Part shown: positions 40,401 through 49,390 of the stretch, one piece after another
Numbering within the stretch: position 1 is the stretch's first letter
Layout: each line of letters starts with the position of its first letter
Program-made: the position numbers and the translations under genes
Notes under the pieces: model-generated
Seen by the model: the letters and a program-made list of their open reading frames with translations, nothing else
What the model was told of the DNA's origin: nothing
Databases searched by the model: none
IMG/VR virus record: IMGVR_UViG_3300023179_000077
Coordinates: 1-64,000 of that record
Origin: a virus
Direction: 5' to 3' (one strand)
Length of the DNA stretch: 64,000 nt

Positions 40401-43400
40401 ACTTCACGTATCTGGTTCTAATACTGACTCACTATTACTGTTAGCATCTCCCGGCGCTACGAGTGCTTTGTTTGTAAGTGGTAGTGGTAATGTAGGTATA
40501 GGTACTACGAGTCCTGCAGCTTTTGCTAATTATACAACTACAACGATTGATGGAACTTTAGGTTCTGTCATCCAGTTTCGACGTGCTACTGTTGACGGTT
40601 TGCAAATTGCAATAGACGCAAATAAGACTCAATTTCTTGAGCAACGCGCATTAAGAATGGCCTTCGGTACTAACAACACCGAAAGGATGAATATTTTAGC
40701 TAACGGTAATGTCCGTATTGCAGCAAATGCTACAGATTCAGGAGAGCTTTTTCAAGTTGATGGAACAGCAAGAGTAACGCAGGATGCTTATTTTGCAACG
40801 ACATCAGGTGGCATATCCATTGGTTCAACCTCTACTGGTGGGGCAAAACTCAATATAGTAAATGGTGACTTTCAAATGTCGCCTACATATAAACTAACAT
40901 TAGCATCAACTACCGGGCAAATATATTTAAGGGCAACTTCAGGTACAGGTGACTTGCAAATGTTCACCAACTTCACTGAACGTATGCGCATCACATCCGC
41001 TGGTGATGTCGGCATCGGCACCACATCCCCTAACGCAAGACTCGACGTAAGCGGCAGCACAATAATATCAGGTTCCTTCACAGTAGCTCCAAGCAATGCC
41101 ATAGAACTACAGGTGACTAGCACAGGAACAAAAATAGGCAACGTTATAACAGATACTCACACCGTAACAGGTAGTTTAGGAGTGAGTGGTAGTGTAACTG
41201 CAACTAGCTTTACAGGTTCTCTATTCGGAACCTCATCTTGGGCAAGTAACGCCGTAAGTGCTTCGTTTGCTAGCACGGCTTCTAATGTATTAGGAGGAGC
41301 TACTAGTTATATTCCGTTATGGAACGAAGCTACTACGTTGAGTAGTAGTGTAATATATCAGAGTGGTAGTAACATAGGAATTGGAACTACAACTCCAGCA
41401 GAAAAATTAAGAGTTAATGGAACATTTTCAAGCAACGCTTTATGGACAGATAATACAACAATATCATATTGGGGAAATTATCCAACACCATACGGAGGTT
41501 TTACTTGGGATACTGGATATGCTACAATATACGCTATTGCAGGAAATATATTAAGATTGGGTTCTAACGGAGCTAGTCCTGATATGACTATAGATTTATC
41601 AGGAAATGTAGGAATAAATACTACTTTACCAACAGCTAGACTACACGTTTCTGGTTCAAGTGCAGACTCTTTATTGCTATTATCATCTCCTGGAGTTACA
41701 AACGCATTGTTTGTGAGTGGTAGTGGAAACGTTGGTATTGGAACAACTACTCCTGGAGATGCTTTGCAAATAACTAAATCAAATCCGTACATAATAATGA
41801 CGGGCGATGATGCAAGTTATACGAATGCTGGTATACAAATGATTGCCAACGGTGCATCTAACCAAAGAGCTTTGGGAATATTTATGTTCCAATCTGTTGC
41901 AGGACATGAGTGGTTTATGGGTCAACCTTATGCAGGAGCAGATAGTTTTGTTATCAATCGAAGAGTAACAAGTACGCCATCATCGCAATCAAATCCGAAA
42001 GGTATTGGCGCGTCTACAGGAACAGTATTTATCGTAACCTCATCAGGTAGTGTTGGTATCGGCACTACGAATCCGCAAGGAAAATTACATGTTAATGGAG
42101 GAGATGTCTTTTTTGGAGATGAAACCAATGTAGCAACAAATATAAGATTAAGAAGAAATGGAGCTACTGTTGGCTCAATCGGTACATACAATTCACAACT
42201 TGAATTATGTGGTGGTAGTTCGATTGGAGCATCTCATATGGTTATTACCTCTACTGGTAATGTTGGTATTGGAATAAATGCTCCTACAGCAAAACTTCAT
42301 GTTTCAGGCAGTACAACAACTAATTTATTAGTTGGGACTAATGACTTGTTTGTAAGTGCGAGTGGGAATATAGGAATAGGAGAAACAAACCCAACAAGTA
42401 AATTAGTAATAAAAGATCTTTCAACATCAGTATTTCAGGCTATAAATGCAGGAGTAGGTAGTACAGCAGGAATATCATTTCAAAACAACAGCGTTGAACA
42501 ACTAATAGTTCGTTCAAGAGGTGATATAAGCCGCAGTACAATATATTCGCAAGTATGGGATTTTGAATTAGGAACTAATGCTGATAAAAATTTACTTTTA
42601 TATACTAATGGTCAAGAGCGCGTAAGAATAAATAATGGAGGAAATGTCGGCATCGGCACCACCACCCCCAACGCCAAACTCGACGTTAACGGCAACGCAA
42701 TAGTGACCGGTTCTCTTACCGTCACCGGTACAATCACTGCTCAAACGCTAGTAGTACAAACTATTACTTCATCAATAGACTTCGTAACAGGTTCGTCTCG
42801 CTTCGGTACTCTACAAAGCAACACACATCAATTTACAGGTAGCGTAAGCATAACTGGATCATTAAATGTAACTGGAGCTGGAATTACCGGATCGTTGTTT
42901 GGAACTGCATCGTGGGCAAGTAATGCAATAACTGCATCTAATGCATTAACTGCATCGTTTGTACAGAATGCAGTCAGTTCTTCTTTTGCTACTAGCACTG
43001 CTGCTGTAGCAGGTACAACAAACTATATAAGCAAGTTTACTAGTAACACTGCAATTGGCAATTCACAGATATTTGACGATGGAAATAGTGTTGGCATAGG
43101 CACAGCAAGTCCTACAGCCAAGCTTGAAATTTCTAATACGTCTGCTAATATATTATATTTATATTCTACTTCTACTACTGGTACAACAAATAATTCAAGT
43201 TTTAGAATTGGCTCGTACGATGGCACGCAAGTATCCGTTGGTACGTATCTTACTGAACTAGCTAGTAGTTGGAATAGCTCTAATTTTGCTGGTGGGAATT
43301 TTCCTAATTCAAGTGTTTTACTTGGATCAAAAGCTAATGGTTTAGGAATTGGTGCAAGTTCAGCAACAGGAAATATACGTTTCTTCACGGGCGGTGAAAC

Positions 43401-43956
43401 AGGAGGTAATGAACGTATGCGCATCACTTCTGGTGGTAATATCGGCATCGGTACTACTACCCCCAACGCTAAACTCGACGTAAGTGGGAGCGCAATCATC
43501 ACCGGCTCACTCACCGTCACCCAAGGCATCACCGGCTCACTCTTCGGCACCGCATCATGGGCAAACAATACAACAAGCGCATCATACGCCGCCACAGCAT
43601 CATACTCAAATAACTTCACAGTTGCAAACCAACTCATAATAGATTCTACACTCACTGATTATACTACAGTAGCATCATCAATAGTAGGATCGAATAACTT
43701 ATTCACTCAAGCAACTGGCTCATACACATCAGCATTCTTCAAATACACTGCTACTACAGGTAGCAACAGCAGAGCTGGTGAAGTAGTAGCAGTATGGAAC
43801 GGCACAACAGTACAATACTACGATAATTCAACTGTAGATATAGGTAATACAACAGCAGTAACATCATCTGTTTCTATTGTAGGCGGTGATGTACAGTTTA
43901 ATATGCAAACCAATACTTCAGGATGGAGAATAAAATCATTAGCAACGTTCATGTAA
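34435..43956 (+). CDS. Giant (3173 aa) modular fibre / virion surface protein
   Basis: LRRS..GKVP..L.YGEIALNTYDG N-terminus; SAS repeats, THQFTGS modules, many GNVGIGTTxP repeats. Confidence 0.8.
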   Translation: MAQQILKLRRSSIPGKVPSTSSLDYGEIALNTYDGIAYMKRSGSNGDEIIAIGVGTSGSFTGSFFGTSSWAYNAISAAYAATASSADNFTVRGTLTAQTIVVQVITSSQELITGSLIVNGPLTVNGGITGSLQGTSSWANNAVQAINAATASNILGGTATYIPFFKTNTTLGNSTMYQISNSFSTTSIAINETNITSANPEALYVFQTHPTSINVLTGKGNLNNYLQNNIQNTNQGVSASSDVVATANNGNEDTNYIDMGINSQNYSAGFIGEANDAYLYSIANNLHIGNANDNGTHVGFFVGGTDVEAYNKLQLSPNNQHKMSGSLDISGSLTINNGITGSLFGTASWAINALTASYAANVPATASYALQALSASFASTASYAANVPATASYALQALSASNALTASYALNAQGSGFPYTGSAIITGSLIVTGSVNASLGFTGSLFGTASWAVSASQALTASYVLNAVSASFATSASRAVTASLATTASYVLNAVSASFATTASYVLNAVSASFATTSSYVLNAISASFASTASSVNQLNQAVVISGSLTVTGSSGTTLLVSNADTLTFTGSIFTSGSIVSTGSLSITSITSSLFGTASWANNAISASYALSASQAQNAVTASYILNAVSASFAATASSADNFTVRNTLTAQTIVVQTITSSVDFVTGSTRFGTLLSNTHQFTGSVSITGSLNVVGAGITSSLFGTASWANNAISSSYAVSASQAQNAVTASYALTASYASNVPATSSYALQALSASYANNAVTASYVLNTVSASYASTSSLPLEGIVTASVAGSTITFTKGNSSTFNVTIATATAETASYVTSSNVDGPYGKNSILSASYAVTASYTVSASYATSASQAYNATTASYVLNAISASYATSASYAVSASQAQNATTASYTLNAVSASYAQTASYATNITISGSITGVDYINFDTTASFAAAVGRLGYDNGEGTLTLGLQGGNVTLKIGNDLYQYVYNNTTSSLTLGQVVYISGSQGNRIAVKLASATAEQGSANTLGFVAETIAAGAEGWVMTEGTLRKLNTTGLIGGQLIYLDVIPGAYTQTPPVAPAHGVRLGYAERISATVGSIYVKIDNGYELGELHNVVDSTTTSSFGDLLVISGSVWINSKQLTGSYGLTGSLSATSFTGSLFGTSSWANNVISASYVSNAGLLNGTSSAVFATTGSNNFIGIENITGSLNVSGSQSFIGTSISVGNQIVTGSLITSGSNTLIGNTSLTGSVNISGSTTQVGNNNLLGSTTLSGSVVVSGSLNASANLTLQGHLRLDPGQDPGNNNFTASYLFTSASNTNTGYDLYYRQDGNLIKFKWLEGGLSSGILYGGTISYSGSVIYVKKGTGIINNMNATTSSEINPILTYVSWNDYTSSAQYITSSQITYLYVNPSGSIVQQTSYFDQTQYEQALPLGLVVHPNYTTITSQESSVQTTYDSDTQQNDFIRAFGPIKVNGFTPSGQTGSLRINIGSGTAFTLGGFYSQNQNSPSHYTATAATTASLARAYRTGSGVYLDSNNNAYYTVIDPSKYDNGNGLSNVAGTNATIQRIFYNPVDKRAVVYYGQNTYSSLANALTALPSDSFTEGEFTAKALLFVGYIIVQGNASDLSNTGQALFIQAGVFRNTAGGSSGGGAIAQSLDDLSDVTITTPTNGQALIYQGGVWVNGTPLNATSASFATSASQAQNAVTASYIINAVSASYTLSASNAQTASYVLNAISSSFATSASYALSASQAQNAVSASYVLNAISASFATSASYALSASQAQNTVTASYILNAVSASYAATASSADNFLVRSTLTAQTLIVQTITSSTDFVTGSSRFGTLFSNTHQFTGSVSITGSLNVAGAGITGSLFGTASWASNATTASYILNAVSASFASTASNVLGGATNYIPLWNGATTLSSSVIYQSSGNVLIGTTTDNGYKLSVQGGDVTIQSGRTLDWGFGNMRIINSTYDMVFQTYNGASTAEAMRIKGSGNVGIGTSAPSAKLHVSGSNTDSLLLLASPGATSALFVSGSGNVGIGTTSPAAFANYTTTTIDGTLGSVIQFRRATVDGLQIAIDANKTQFLEQRALRMAFGTNNTERMNILANGNVRIAANATDSGELFQVDGTARVTQDAYFATTSGGISIGSTSTGGAKLNIVNGDFQMSPTYKLTLASTTGQIYLRATSGTGDLQMFTNFTERMRITSAGDVGIGTTSPNARLDVSGSTIISGSFTVAPSNAIELQVTSTGTKIGNVITDTHTVTGSLGVSGSVTATSFTGSLFGTSSWASNAVSASFASTASNVLGGATSYIPLWNEATTLSSSVIYQSGSNIGIGTTTPAEKLRVNGTFSSNALWTDNTTISYWGNYPTPYGGFTWDTGYATIYAIAGNILRLGSNGASPDMTIDLSGNVGINTTLPTARLHVSGSSADSLLLLSSPGVTNALFVSGSGNVGIGTTTPGDALQITKSNPYIIMTGDDASYTNAGIQMIANGASNQRALGIFMFQSVAGHEWFMGQPYAGADSFVINRRVTSTPSSQSNPKGIGASTGTVFIVTSSGSVGIGTTNPQGKLHVNGGDVFFGDETNVATNIRLRRNGATVGSIGTYNSQLELCGGSSIGASHMVITSTGNVGIGINAPTAKLHVSGSTTTNLLVGTNDLFVSASGNIGIGETNPTSKLVIKDLSTSVFQAINAGVGSTAGISFQNNSVEQLIVRSRGDISRSTIYSQVWDFELGTNADKNLLLYTNGQERVRINNGGNVGIGTTTPNAKLDVNGNAIVTGSLTVTGTITAQTLVVQTITSSIDFVTGSSRFGTLQSNTHQFTGSVSITGSLNVTGAGITGSLFGTASWASNAITASNALTASFVQNAVSSSFATSTAAVAGTTNYISKFTSNTAIGNSQIFDDGNSVGIGTASPTAKLEISNTSANILYLYSTSTTGTTNNSSFRIGSYDGTQVSVGTYLTELASSWNSSNFAGGNFPNSSVLLGSKANGLGIGASSATGNIRFFTGGETGGNERMRITSGGNIGIGTTTPNAKLDVSGSAIITGSLTVTQGITGSLFGTASWANNTTSASYAATASYSNNFTVANQLIIDSTLTDYTTVASSIVGSNNLFTQATGSYTSAFFKYTATTGSNSRAGEVVAVWNGTTVQYYDNSTVDIGNTTAVTSSVSIVGGDVQFNMQTNTSGWRIKSLATFM
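35496..35637 (+). repeat. Exact 67-nt direct repeat with 75-nt period inside the fibre gene
   Basis: aacagcttcctatgctgcaaacgtacctgc...gcattaagtgcatca at 35496 and 35571. Confidence 0.9.
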
Positions 43957-43969
43957 AAAATAAAATAAT

Positions 43970-44152
43970 ATGTTTAAAGTAGAAATGCAATTTATTCCAG
44001 GAAACAGTCAGATGTGGGTCCTCAAACTAAATCCAGACGATCCCATTTACGAATACGACAACGAAGCTGAAGCACAAGCTAAAGCAGAAGAACTTCAAGC
44101 AGCAGACTCAACAGGCAGGTTGTATCGTGTATCGACTGTTATGGCTGTTTAA
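43970..44152 (+). CDS. Small hypothetical protein
   Basis: ORF with A-rich start context. Confidence 0.6.
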   Translation: MFKVEMQFIPGNSQMWVLKLNPDDPIYEYDNEAEAQAKAEELQAADSTGRLYRVSTVMAV

Positions 44153-44170
44153 TATTTATTGTAAACCCCC

Positions 44171-44194
44171 TTCCTAGGGAGAGTGAACTAGGAA
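44171..44194 (+). promoter_or_regulatory. 5'-UTR hairpin TTCCTAG-ggagagtgaa-CTAGGAA
   Basis: Perfect 7-bp stem between ATATTTAT (44152) and ATG 44204. Confidence 0.45.
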
Positions 44195-44203
44195 ACAAGT
44201 ATA

Positions 44204-46771
44204 ATGCCAAATGAATTTGTCGCAAGGAACGGCATAATTGCCCTCAATAACTCAATAATTACCGGTTCACTTACTGTCACTCAAGGTGTAACAGCATCGC
44301 TGTTCGGTACATCATCGTGGGCAACTAACGCATTAACTTCATCTTATATATTAAGCGCTGTAAGCGCTTCGTTCGCTAGTACTGCTTCTAATGTATTAGG
44401 AGGAGCTAGTAGTTATGTTCCACTTTGGAATACTGCTACTAGTTTGAGTAGTAGTGTGATATATCAGAGTAGTGGAAATGTTGGTATTGGTACTACGAGT
44501 CCAAGCTCAAAATTGCACGTCTATAATTTATCCGCTGCTAATGATGTCAGCACTACTATATTAGTAATTGAAGCAGGGACAGACGCGACGTTGGGCCCTC
44601 TTTCTTTTATTACAAATTTAAGGCCAAGCACAACAGCATCAAATCGAAGAGTCGAAATATATGCAGGGGATAATGGAAACTACCGAAATGTTACATTCCC
44701 TTATGCAAATATTGGCATCGGCACCACTACCCCTAACGCCAAACTCGACGTCAACGGCAACGCAATTGTTACAGGATCTCTTACTGTTACTGGCACTATT
44801 ACTGCGCAGACGCTAGTAGTACAGACAGTAACTTCTTCTGTTAGTTTCGTAACAGGATCTAGCAGATTTGGTAGTTCGTTAAGCAATACTCACGATTTCA
44901 CGGGATCTGTTGGTGTGACTGGTAGTTTGACAGTAACTGGTGATATATCTTCGACAGGAAATTTTAAATCTCCAACTACTACTTACTATTTCAATCCAAA
45001 TACTGGATTATTTAACATTACTAACGGATATATATCGGGATTATACAGCCCAGGAAGTGTTTTAAGAGCATCTTTCTCTGATACCGCCACTGTTTTTAGC
45101 GGAAATGTAAATTTCGCCGGATCAGGTATATGGAATTCTTCAGGAAATGTTGGTATAGGTACCACTTCCCCTACAGCTAGACTTCACGTTTCTGGTTCAA
45201 ACAGCGATTCACTGTTACTAGTAGCATCACCTGGTGCTACGAGTGCTCTGTTTGTGAGCGGAAGTGGAAACGTAGGGATTGGCACTGTAAGTCCCACAGC
45301 ACCGCTTACGTTTGGTAAATCTGTTTACGCTGCCCCAACAAGCGAAGACTTTTTCAGAATTAAATTTGAGGATGTAGGTGGAATTGCTAATGATGTAGGC
45401 ATAGGAATGCCAGCGACTGGCGCAATCGGTTTTAATATTACTGACGTTTCCGGATATTACGCATTCTATAAAGGTCCAACGGCAACGGAATTAGTAAGAA
45501 TTACAAATGCCGGGAATGTTGGTATTGGTACCACTTCCCCATCCGCCCGCCTTCACGTCTCAGGAAGTACTACAGCTAATCTATTAGTTGGTACTAGCGA
45601 TTTATTTGTGAGTGCGAGTGGAAATGTAGGTATTGGAACTACAAGTCCAACTGAAAAACTAACAATCAGAGGGAATGGAGCTAAGATGTTAATAGAAGCA
45701 GCATCCGATCCATCCGGGTATTATACTTACTTACAATCTAATTACGATGCTGTAAATCCATTTGTATTAGTTAGTCAAGGATTCGATATACTCGGATCAA
45801 GAACAGCTACATCTCCTGTAGGAACTAGAGCTACTTATCTAAACAGTTACTATGATATTTCTTTAAATACAGGAGGAGCCACAGCTTCTTTAGCCACTTC
45901 TAAATTGTATATTTCAGCTAGTGGTAACGTAGGTATAGGAACCACTTCTCCCAACGCTAAACTAGATGTAAGCGGTAGCGCTATAGTATCAGGATCATTC
46001 ACTGTAGCTCCTAGCAACGCTGTAGAACTGCAAGTAACGAGTACAGGTACTAAAATAGGAAATATAATAATAGACGCTCACACTGTTACTGGTAGTTTAA
46101 GTGTAAGTGGTAGTACAGTAGTAGTAGGATCTTTAACAATAGGTACATCATCACTAGGATCTACTGAAAATACTTTAGTTGTAGGACCATCCCCTGCAGG
46201 AGGAACTGGAGAAGGTGGACAAATACTACTTCAAGCAACAGGAGGTACGTATACCTCAGCATCAATGCTTGATAATTATCAAAATAGATTCAGAATACTA
46301 AGAGGTACAAATGCTGTTAGTGATGCAGAATATTTTAATGTTAGTTTACATTCTGGTCAGCTTGGATTTAGCAGATATACCGGATCAGGAGCATTTCCTG
46401 GAACAGCTGTGGCAAACTTGGCTGTAGATAGCGGTGGTAATGTAATTACAGTAGCTACTGGAGGTGGTGGAGGTAGTGTAACTATAAACAACAACACAGA
46501 CAACTATCTTATATCAGCAACAGGTACGGCTAATACTTTAAACGGAGAAGCCAATTTACAATTTAATGGTACTGCATTATCAGTAACAGGATCATTTACT
46601 GTTATCACAGGCAGTTCAATAGAATTCCAAGTTACTAATACTGGTGTTATAATAGGTAATACAACAACAGATACTCACACTATTATAGGAGACGTGACAA
46701 TAACAGGAAGTATAATAGGAGCCGAACCAATACCTGCTGGAGCTAAATTATATTTATTTTATAATTACTAA
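44204..46771 (+). CDS. Modular fibre protein (855 aa)
   Basis: Shares GNVGIGTTSP, TAQTLVVQT..SS and THDFTGS modules with the upstream fibres. Confidence 0.8.
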   Translation: MPNEFVARNGIIALNNSIITGSLTVTQGVTASLFGTSSWATNALTSSYILSAVSASFASTASNVLGGASSYVPLWNTATSLSSSVIYQSSGNVGIGTTSPSSKLHVYNLSAANDVSTTILVIEAGTDATLGPLSFITNLRPSTTASNRRVEIYAGDNGNYRNVTFPYANIGIGTTTPNAKLDVNGNAIVTGSLTVTGTITAQTLVVQTVTSSVSFVTGSSRFGSSLSNTHDFTGSVGVTGSLTVTGDISSTGNFKSPTTTYYFNPNTGLFNITNGYISGLYSPGSVLRASFSDTATVFSGNVNFAGSGIWNSSGNVGIGTTSPTARLHVSGSNSDSLLLVASPGATSALFVSGSGNVGIGTVSPTAPLTFGKSVYAAPTSEDFFRIKFEDVGGIANDVGIGMPATGAIGFNITDVSGYYAFYKGPTATELVRITNAGNVGIGTTSPSARLHVSGSTTANLLVGTSDLFVSASGNVGIGTTSPTEKLTIRGNGAKMLIEAASDPSGYYTYLQSNYDAVNPFVLVSQGFDILGSRTATSPVGTRATYLNSYYDISLNTGGATASLATSKLYISASGNVGIGTTSPNAKLDVSGSAIVSGSFTVAPSNAVELQVTSTGTKIGNIIIDAHTVTGSLSVSGSTVVVGSLTIGTSSLGSTENTLVVGPSPAGGTGEGGQILLQATGGTYTSASMLDNYQNRFRILRGTNAVSDAEYFNVSLHSGQLGFSRYTGSGAFPGTAVANLAVDSGGNVITVATGGGGGSVTINNNTDNYLISATGTANTLNGEANLQFNGTALSVTGSFTVITGSSIEFQVTNTGVIIGNTTTDTHTIIGDVTITGSIIGAEPIPAGAKLYLFYNY

Positions 46772-46798
46772 TATATTTATATATAAATACAAAATAAT

Positions 46799-47203
46799 AT
46801 GCCACAAAACACATCTCCTATTTTTGCACAAACTCCTATTCTAGCACAAACGTATATTACTGGTTCATATACAGATAGAACAGGAGCAACTTCGGGATTG
46901 TACACTCTTGTAACTGCTGGTTCTAGCGGTTCTAAAGTAACTCAAATTGGAGTTAAATTTACAGGAAATACAGTTACAGGCTCTTTATTAGTATTTGTTA
47001 CTAATACGGCAGGAGCAAGTCCTAGGTTATACGATGAAGTCCCTGTTACTGCTTTAACTGTTAGTACAACTAGCGGCTCCTACAGAAACGTAAACACATA
47101 TACCGATTTTCAAATAAACGCAGGACAACTAATACAAGTTGGACTAACTGCTATTTCTTCAAGTGTGTCATGCAGTGTGTTTGCTTCACAAGGTAATTTT
47201 TAA
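46799..47203 (+). CDS. Small virion protein
   Basis: Ser/Thr/Gly-rich beta protein with four (S/T)GS motifs. Confidence 0.6.
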   Translation: MPQNTSPIFAQTPILAQTYITGSYTDRTGATSGLYTLVTAGSSGSKVTQIGVKFTGNTVTGSLLVFVTNTAGASPRLYDEVPVTALTVSTTSGSYRNVNTYTDFQINAGQLIQVGLTAISSSVSCSVFASQGNF

Positions 47204-47208
47204 TTTAT

Positions 47209-47973
47209 ATGTTTTTACCTTTTCAACGGAATAGTAGCAGTTTTTCAGACAGGTTATATCCTAGAACTGATACAAGTAAGGTTGGCATTATATATACAGT
47301 TGAACCATCCGAATACATTAGAACAGGACTACAAGTATATTTAGATGCCGCAAATTATCCTGGGACTGGGACTACTTGGTCGGATCTTAGTGGTAACGGT
47401 AGAAATTACACATTAGTGAATAGCCCAACGTACAATTCTGCTAATGGCGGTTCTTTGTTGTTTCAGACTAATCAATATTCTGACGGTCCTGCATCGAATA
47501 GTTTTAATATAGATCAAAATGTGACTATTGAATTAGTTTATAAATTAAATACATCTTCAGGTACACAATGGGGATTTTTTTTCGACACTTCGGCAGCAGA
47601 TAGAGGAATTAGTACTCACTTAAATGAAGGAGGATCGACCATTTTTGATACTATGGGATACAATACTGGAAATGGAGATAGAATAAGCGTCGGAGCAGTA
47701 TCTAATGGAACTATAACCCATTTGACATGTAGATATAGAAATAATACTACACCGCGTAAAAACATATTTAGAAATGGATCTTCAGTTGCGGACTCGGGGG
47801 CTAATACCCCTACAGCACTATCTCTTTCAAGTGGTGTAGCTCAAGTACCTGGTAACAAATATGGTATATATATTGATGCAAACATTTATTTATTTAGAGT
47901 ATACAACATTGCGCTCACAGACGAACAAATACTATTTAATTTTAATGTTACAAAAACCAGATTTGGTTTATAA
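47209..47973 (+). CDS. LamG / concanavalin A-like lectin-domain protein
   Basis: GLQVYLDAA.YPGTGTTWSDLSGNG..TLVN.PTY and RVYN.ALT.EQI..NFN..K.RFGL. Confidence 0.8.
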   Translation: MFLPFQRNSSSFSDRLYPRTDTSKVGIIYTVEPSEYIRTGLQVYLDAANYPGTGTTWSDLSGNGRNYTLVNSPTYNSANGGSLLFQTNQYSDGPASNSFNIDQNVTIELVYKLNTSSGTQWGFFFDTSAADRGISTHLNEGGSTIFDTMGYNTGNGDRISVGAVSNGTITHLTCRYRNNTTPRKNIFRNGSSVADSGANTPTALSLSSGVAQVPGNKYGIYIDANIYLFRVYNIALTDEQILFNFNVTKTRFGL

Positions 47974-47990
47974 TACAAATATATTATAGT

Positions 47991-48293
47991 ATGGAAATAA
48001 ATGAACATATTAATAAAAACTACATAATTTTTAGAGTAGAAGAGTTACAAAAAGTTGACTTTAGCGTTGTAAAAGAAACATCACAATACACAGTAAGAAA
48101 ATCAGTCGATAAGTCAAAAACATTCATTAATTGGGATTCAGAAAAAGAACCTTGGTTTTTATACTTGTTGGAAACTAAAGAAGGGCCGTATACTCACGAA
48201 GAAATGCTTGATATACTGGCTACTGAGGAATGGACTAGTTCTTACATTAAGTCTCATTATATAAATAATGAGAACAATTTTAATGAATTTTGA
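47991..48293 (+). CDS. Hypothetical phage protein
   Basis: VDFS.V.ETS..TVRKSVD..KTF..W..GPYTHEE pattern; follows the lectin gene. Confidence 0.6.
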   Translation: MEINEHINKNYIIFRVEELQKVDFSVVKETSQYTVRKSVDKSKTFINWDSEKEPWFLYLLETKEGPYTHEEMLDILATEEWTSSYIKSHYINNENNFNEF

Positions 48294-48341
48294 TTTTTTC
48301 TACATTCTTTATATATTTATATACACAAATAATAAAACAAT

Positions 48342-48809
48342 ATGGCAAAAACAATTTTAAAATTACAAGAATTCTTTCAACTCGACGTTGAAATAAACGG
48401 TTTTACTAACCCCGAAACCGGCGAAGTATTAGTTAAAGGATTACTCGCCGAAAAAATATCAGTACCAACTAAATATTGGTTATACGATTTAGCTAAAAAA
48501 GTAACTGCTGAAAAAGAAGCAGTAAATTCATTAAGAGAAGAACTTATTAAAAAGTATGGTACTACTGATGAGCAAGGCAACATTAGTATTCCTATTTATA
48601 TCAACGAAGTAGTTGATGATGATACTAAAGAAGTTGTTTCTCGCGAAATAAATCTTGCGTATGTTGGTTTTCAAAATGATTTTAATTCATTGTTAAATGA
48701 AGAACGTGAATTAGAACATCATGCTTTTCAATTAGAAGACTTTGAAAATGTATCAACAGAAGTTAATTATGCTGTTTTATTTAAATTAATTCAAGCACCT
48801 AATGCTTAA
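48342..48809 (+). CDS. Hypothetical protein
   Basis: ORF preceded by ATATTTAT. Confidence 0.65.
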   Translation: MAKTILKLQEFFQLDVEINGFTNPETGEVLVKGLLAEKISVPTKYWLYDLAKKVTAEKEAVNSLREELIKKYGTTDEQGNISIPIYINEVVDDDTKEVVSREINLAYVGFQNDFNSLLNEERELEHHAFQLEDFENVSTEVNYAVLFKLIQAPNA

Positions 48810-49035
48810 AATAGTTGAAATAGCAAAAGCATGGATTGCTGCTGCTGACCCAACGCCTGAACAAAAATTAATAGCTGAGTATAGGGCAAGTGTATGTGAT
48901 GGGTGTGATAAAAAATCTCACAATTCAACTATAGACTTATACTATTGTGGTGAATGTGGATGTCCTCTCTCTAAAAAATTGTTCAGTCCTAAACCAGGAA
49001 ATGAAGCCTGCCCATTAGCTAAATGGAAAAAATAA
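48802..49035 (+). CDS. Small Cys-rich putative zinc-binding protein
   Basis: CDGC..CGECGC..CPLAKW. Confidence 0.65.
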   Translation: MLKIVEIAKAWIAAADPTPEQKLIAEYRASVCDGCDKKSHNSTIDLYYCGECGCPLSKKLFSPKPGNEACPLAKWKK

Positions 49036-49045
49036 AATAAAGTAT

Positions 49046-49309
49046 ATGGCACAATTAGCACAAGAAGAATTACAATCAATTAAAGATCTTCAAACACGTT
49101 ATAATCAAACTGCATTTGAAATAGGCAGTCTTGAAATTCAATTATCAACATATAAAAAGTATGTTGTTTCTTTAGAAGAAGAAAAAGTAAATCTTCTTAA
49201 GGACATAACGTCTATTGAAGAAAAAGAAAAAGAATTAACGGACAAATTAGTAGAGAAATACGGAAATGTAACAATAGATCCTAATACAGGAGAAATTACA
49301 TCCGTTTAA
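49046..49309 (+). CDS. Small coiled-coil protein
   Basis: Heptad pattern; ends KYG...IDP.TGEI. Confidence 0.6.
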   Translation: MAQLAQEELQSIKDLQTRYNQTAFEIGSLEIQLSTYKKYVVSLEEEKVNLLKDITSIEEKEKELTDKLVEKYGNVTIDPNTGEITSV

Positions 49310-49390
49310 TATTGTTTTGCGTTTTATGATTAGTTTTAAATATTTATTAGTAGGTCAATCCTATTAAATTTATTAAAAAACAATTATAAA

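Noticed and set aside
28700-46100. Repeats in the fibre genes as a CRISPR array or non-coding repeat
   Set aside because: Repeats are in-frame, degenerate at synonymous positions and lack a constant repeat/unique spacer period; no cas genes
28347-47973. Diversity-generating retroelement acting on fibre or lectin genes
   Set aside because: No reverse transcriptase in the window and no template/variable repeat pair differing only at adenines was seen
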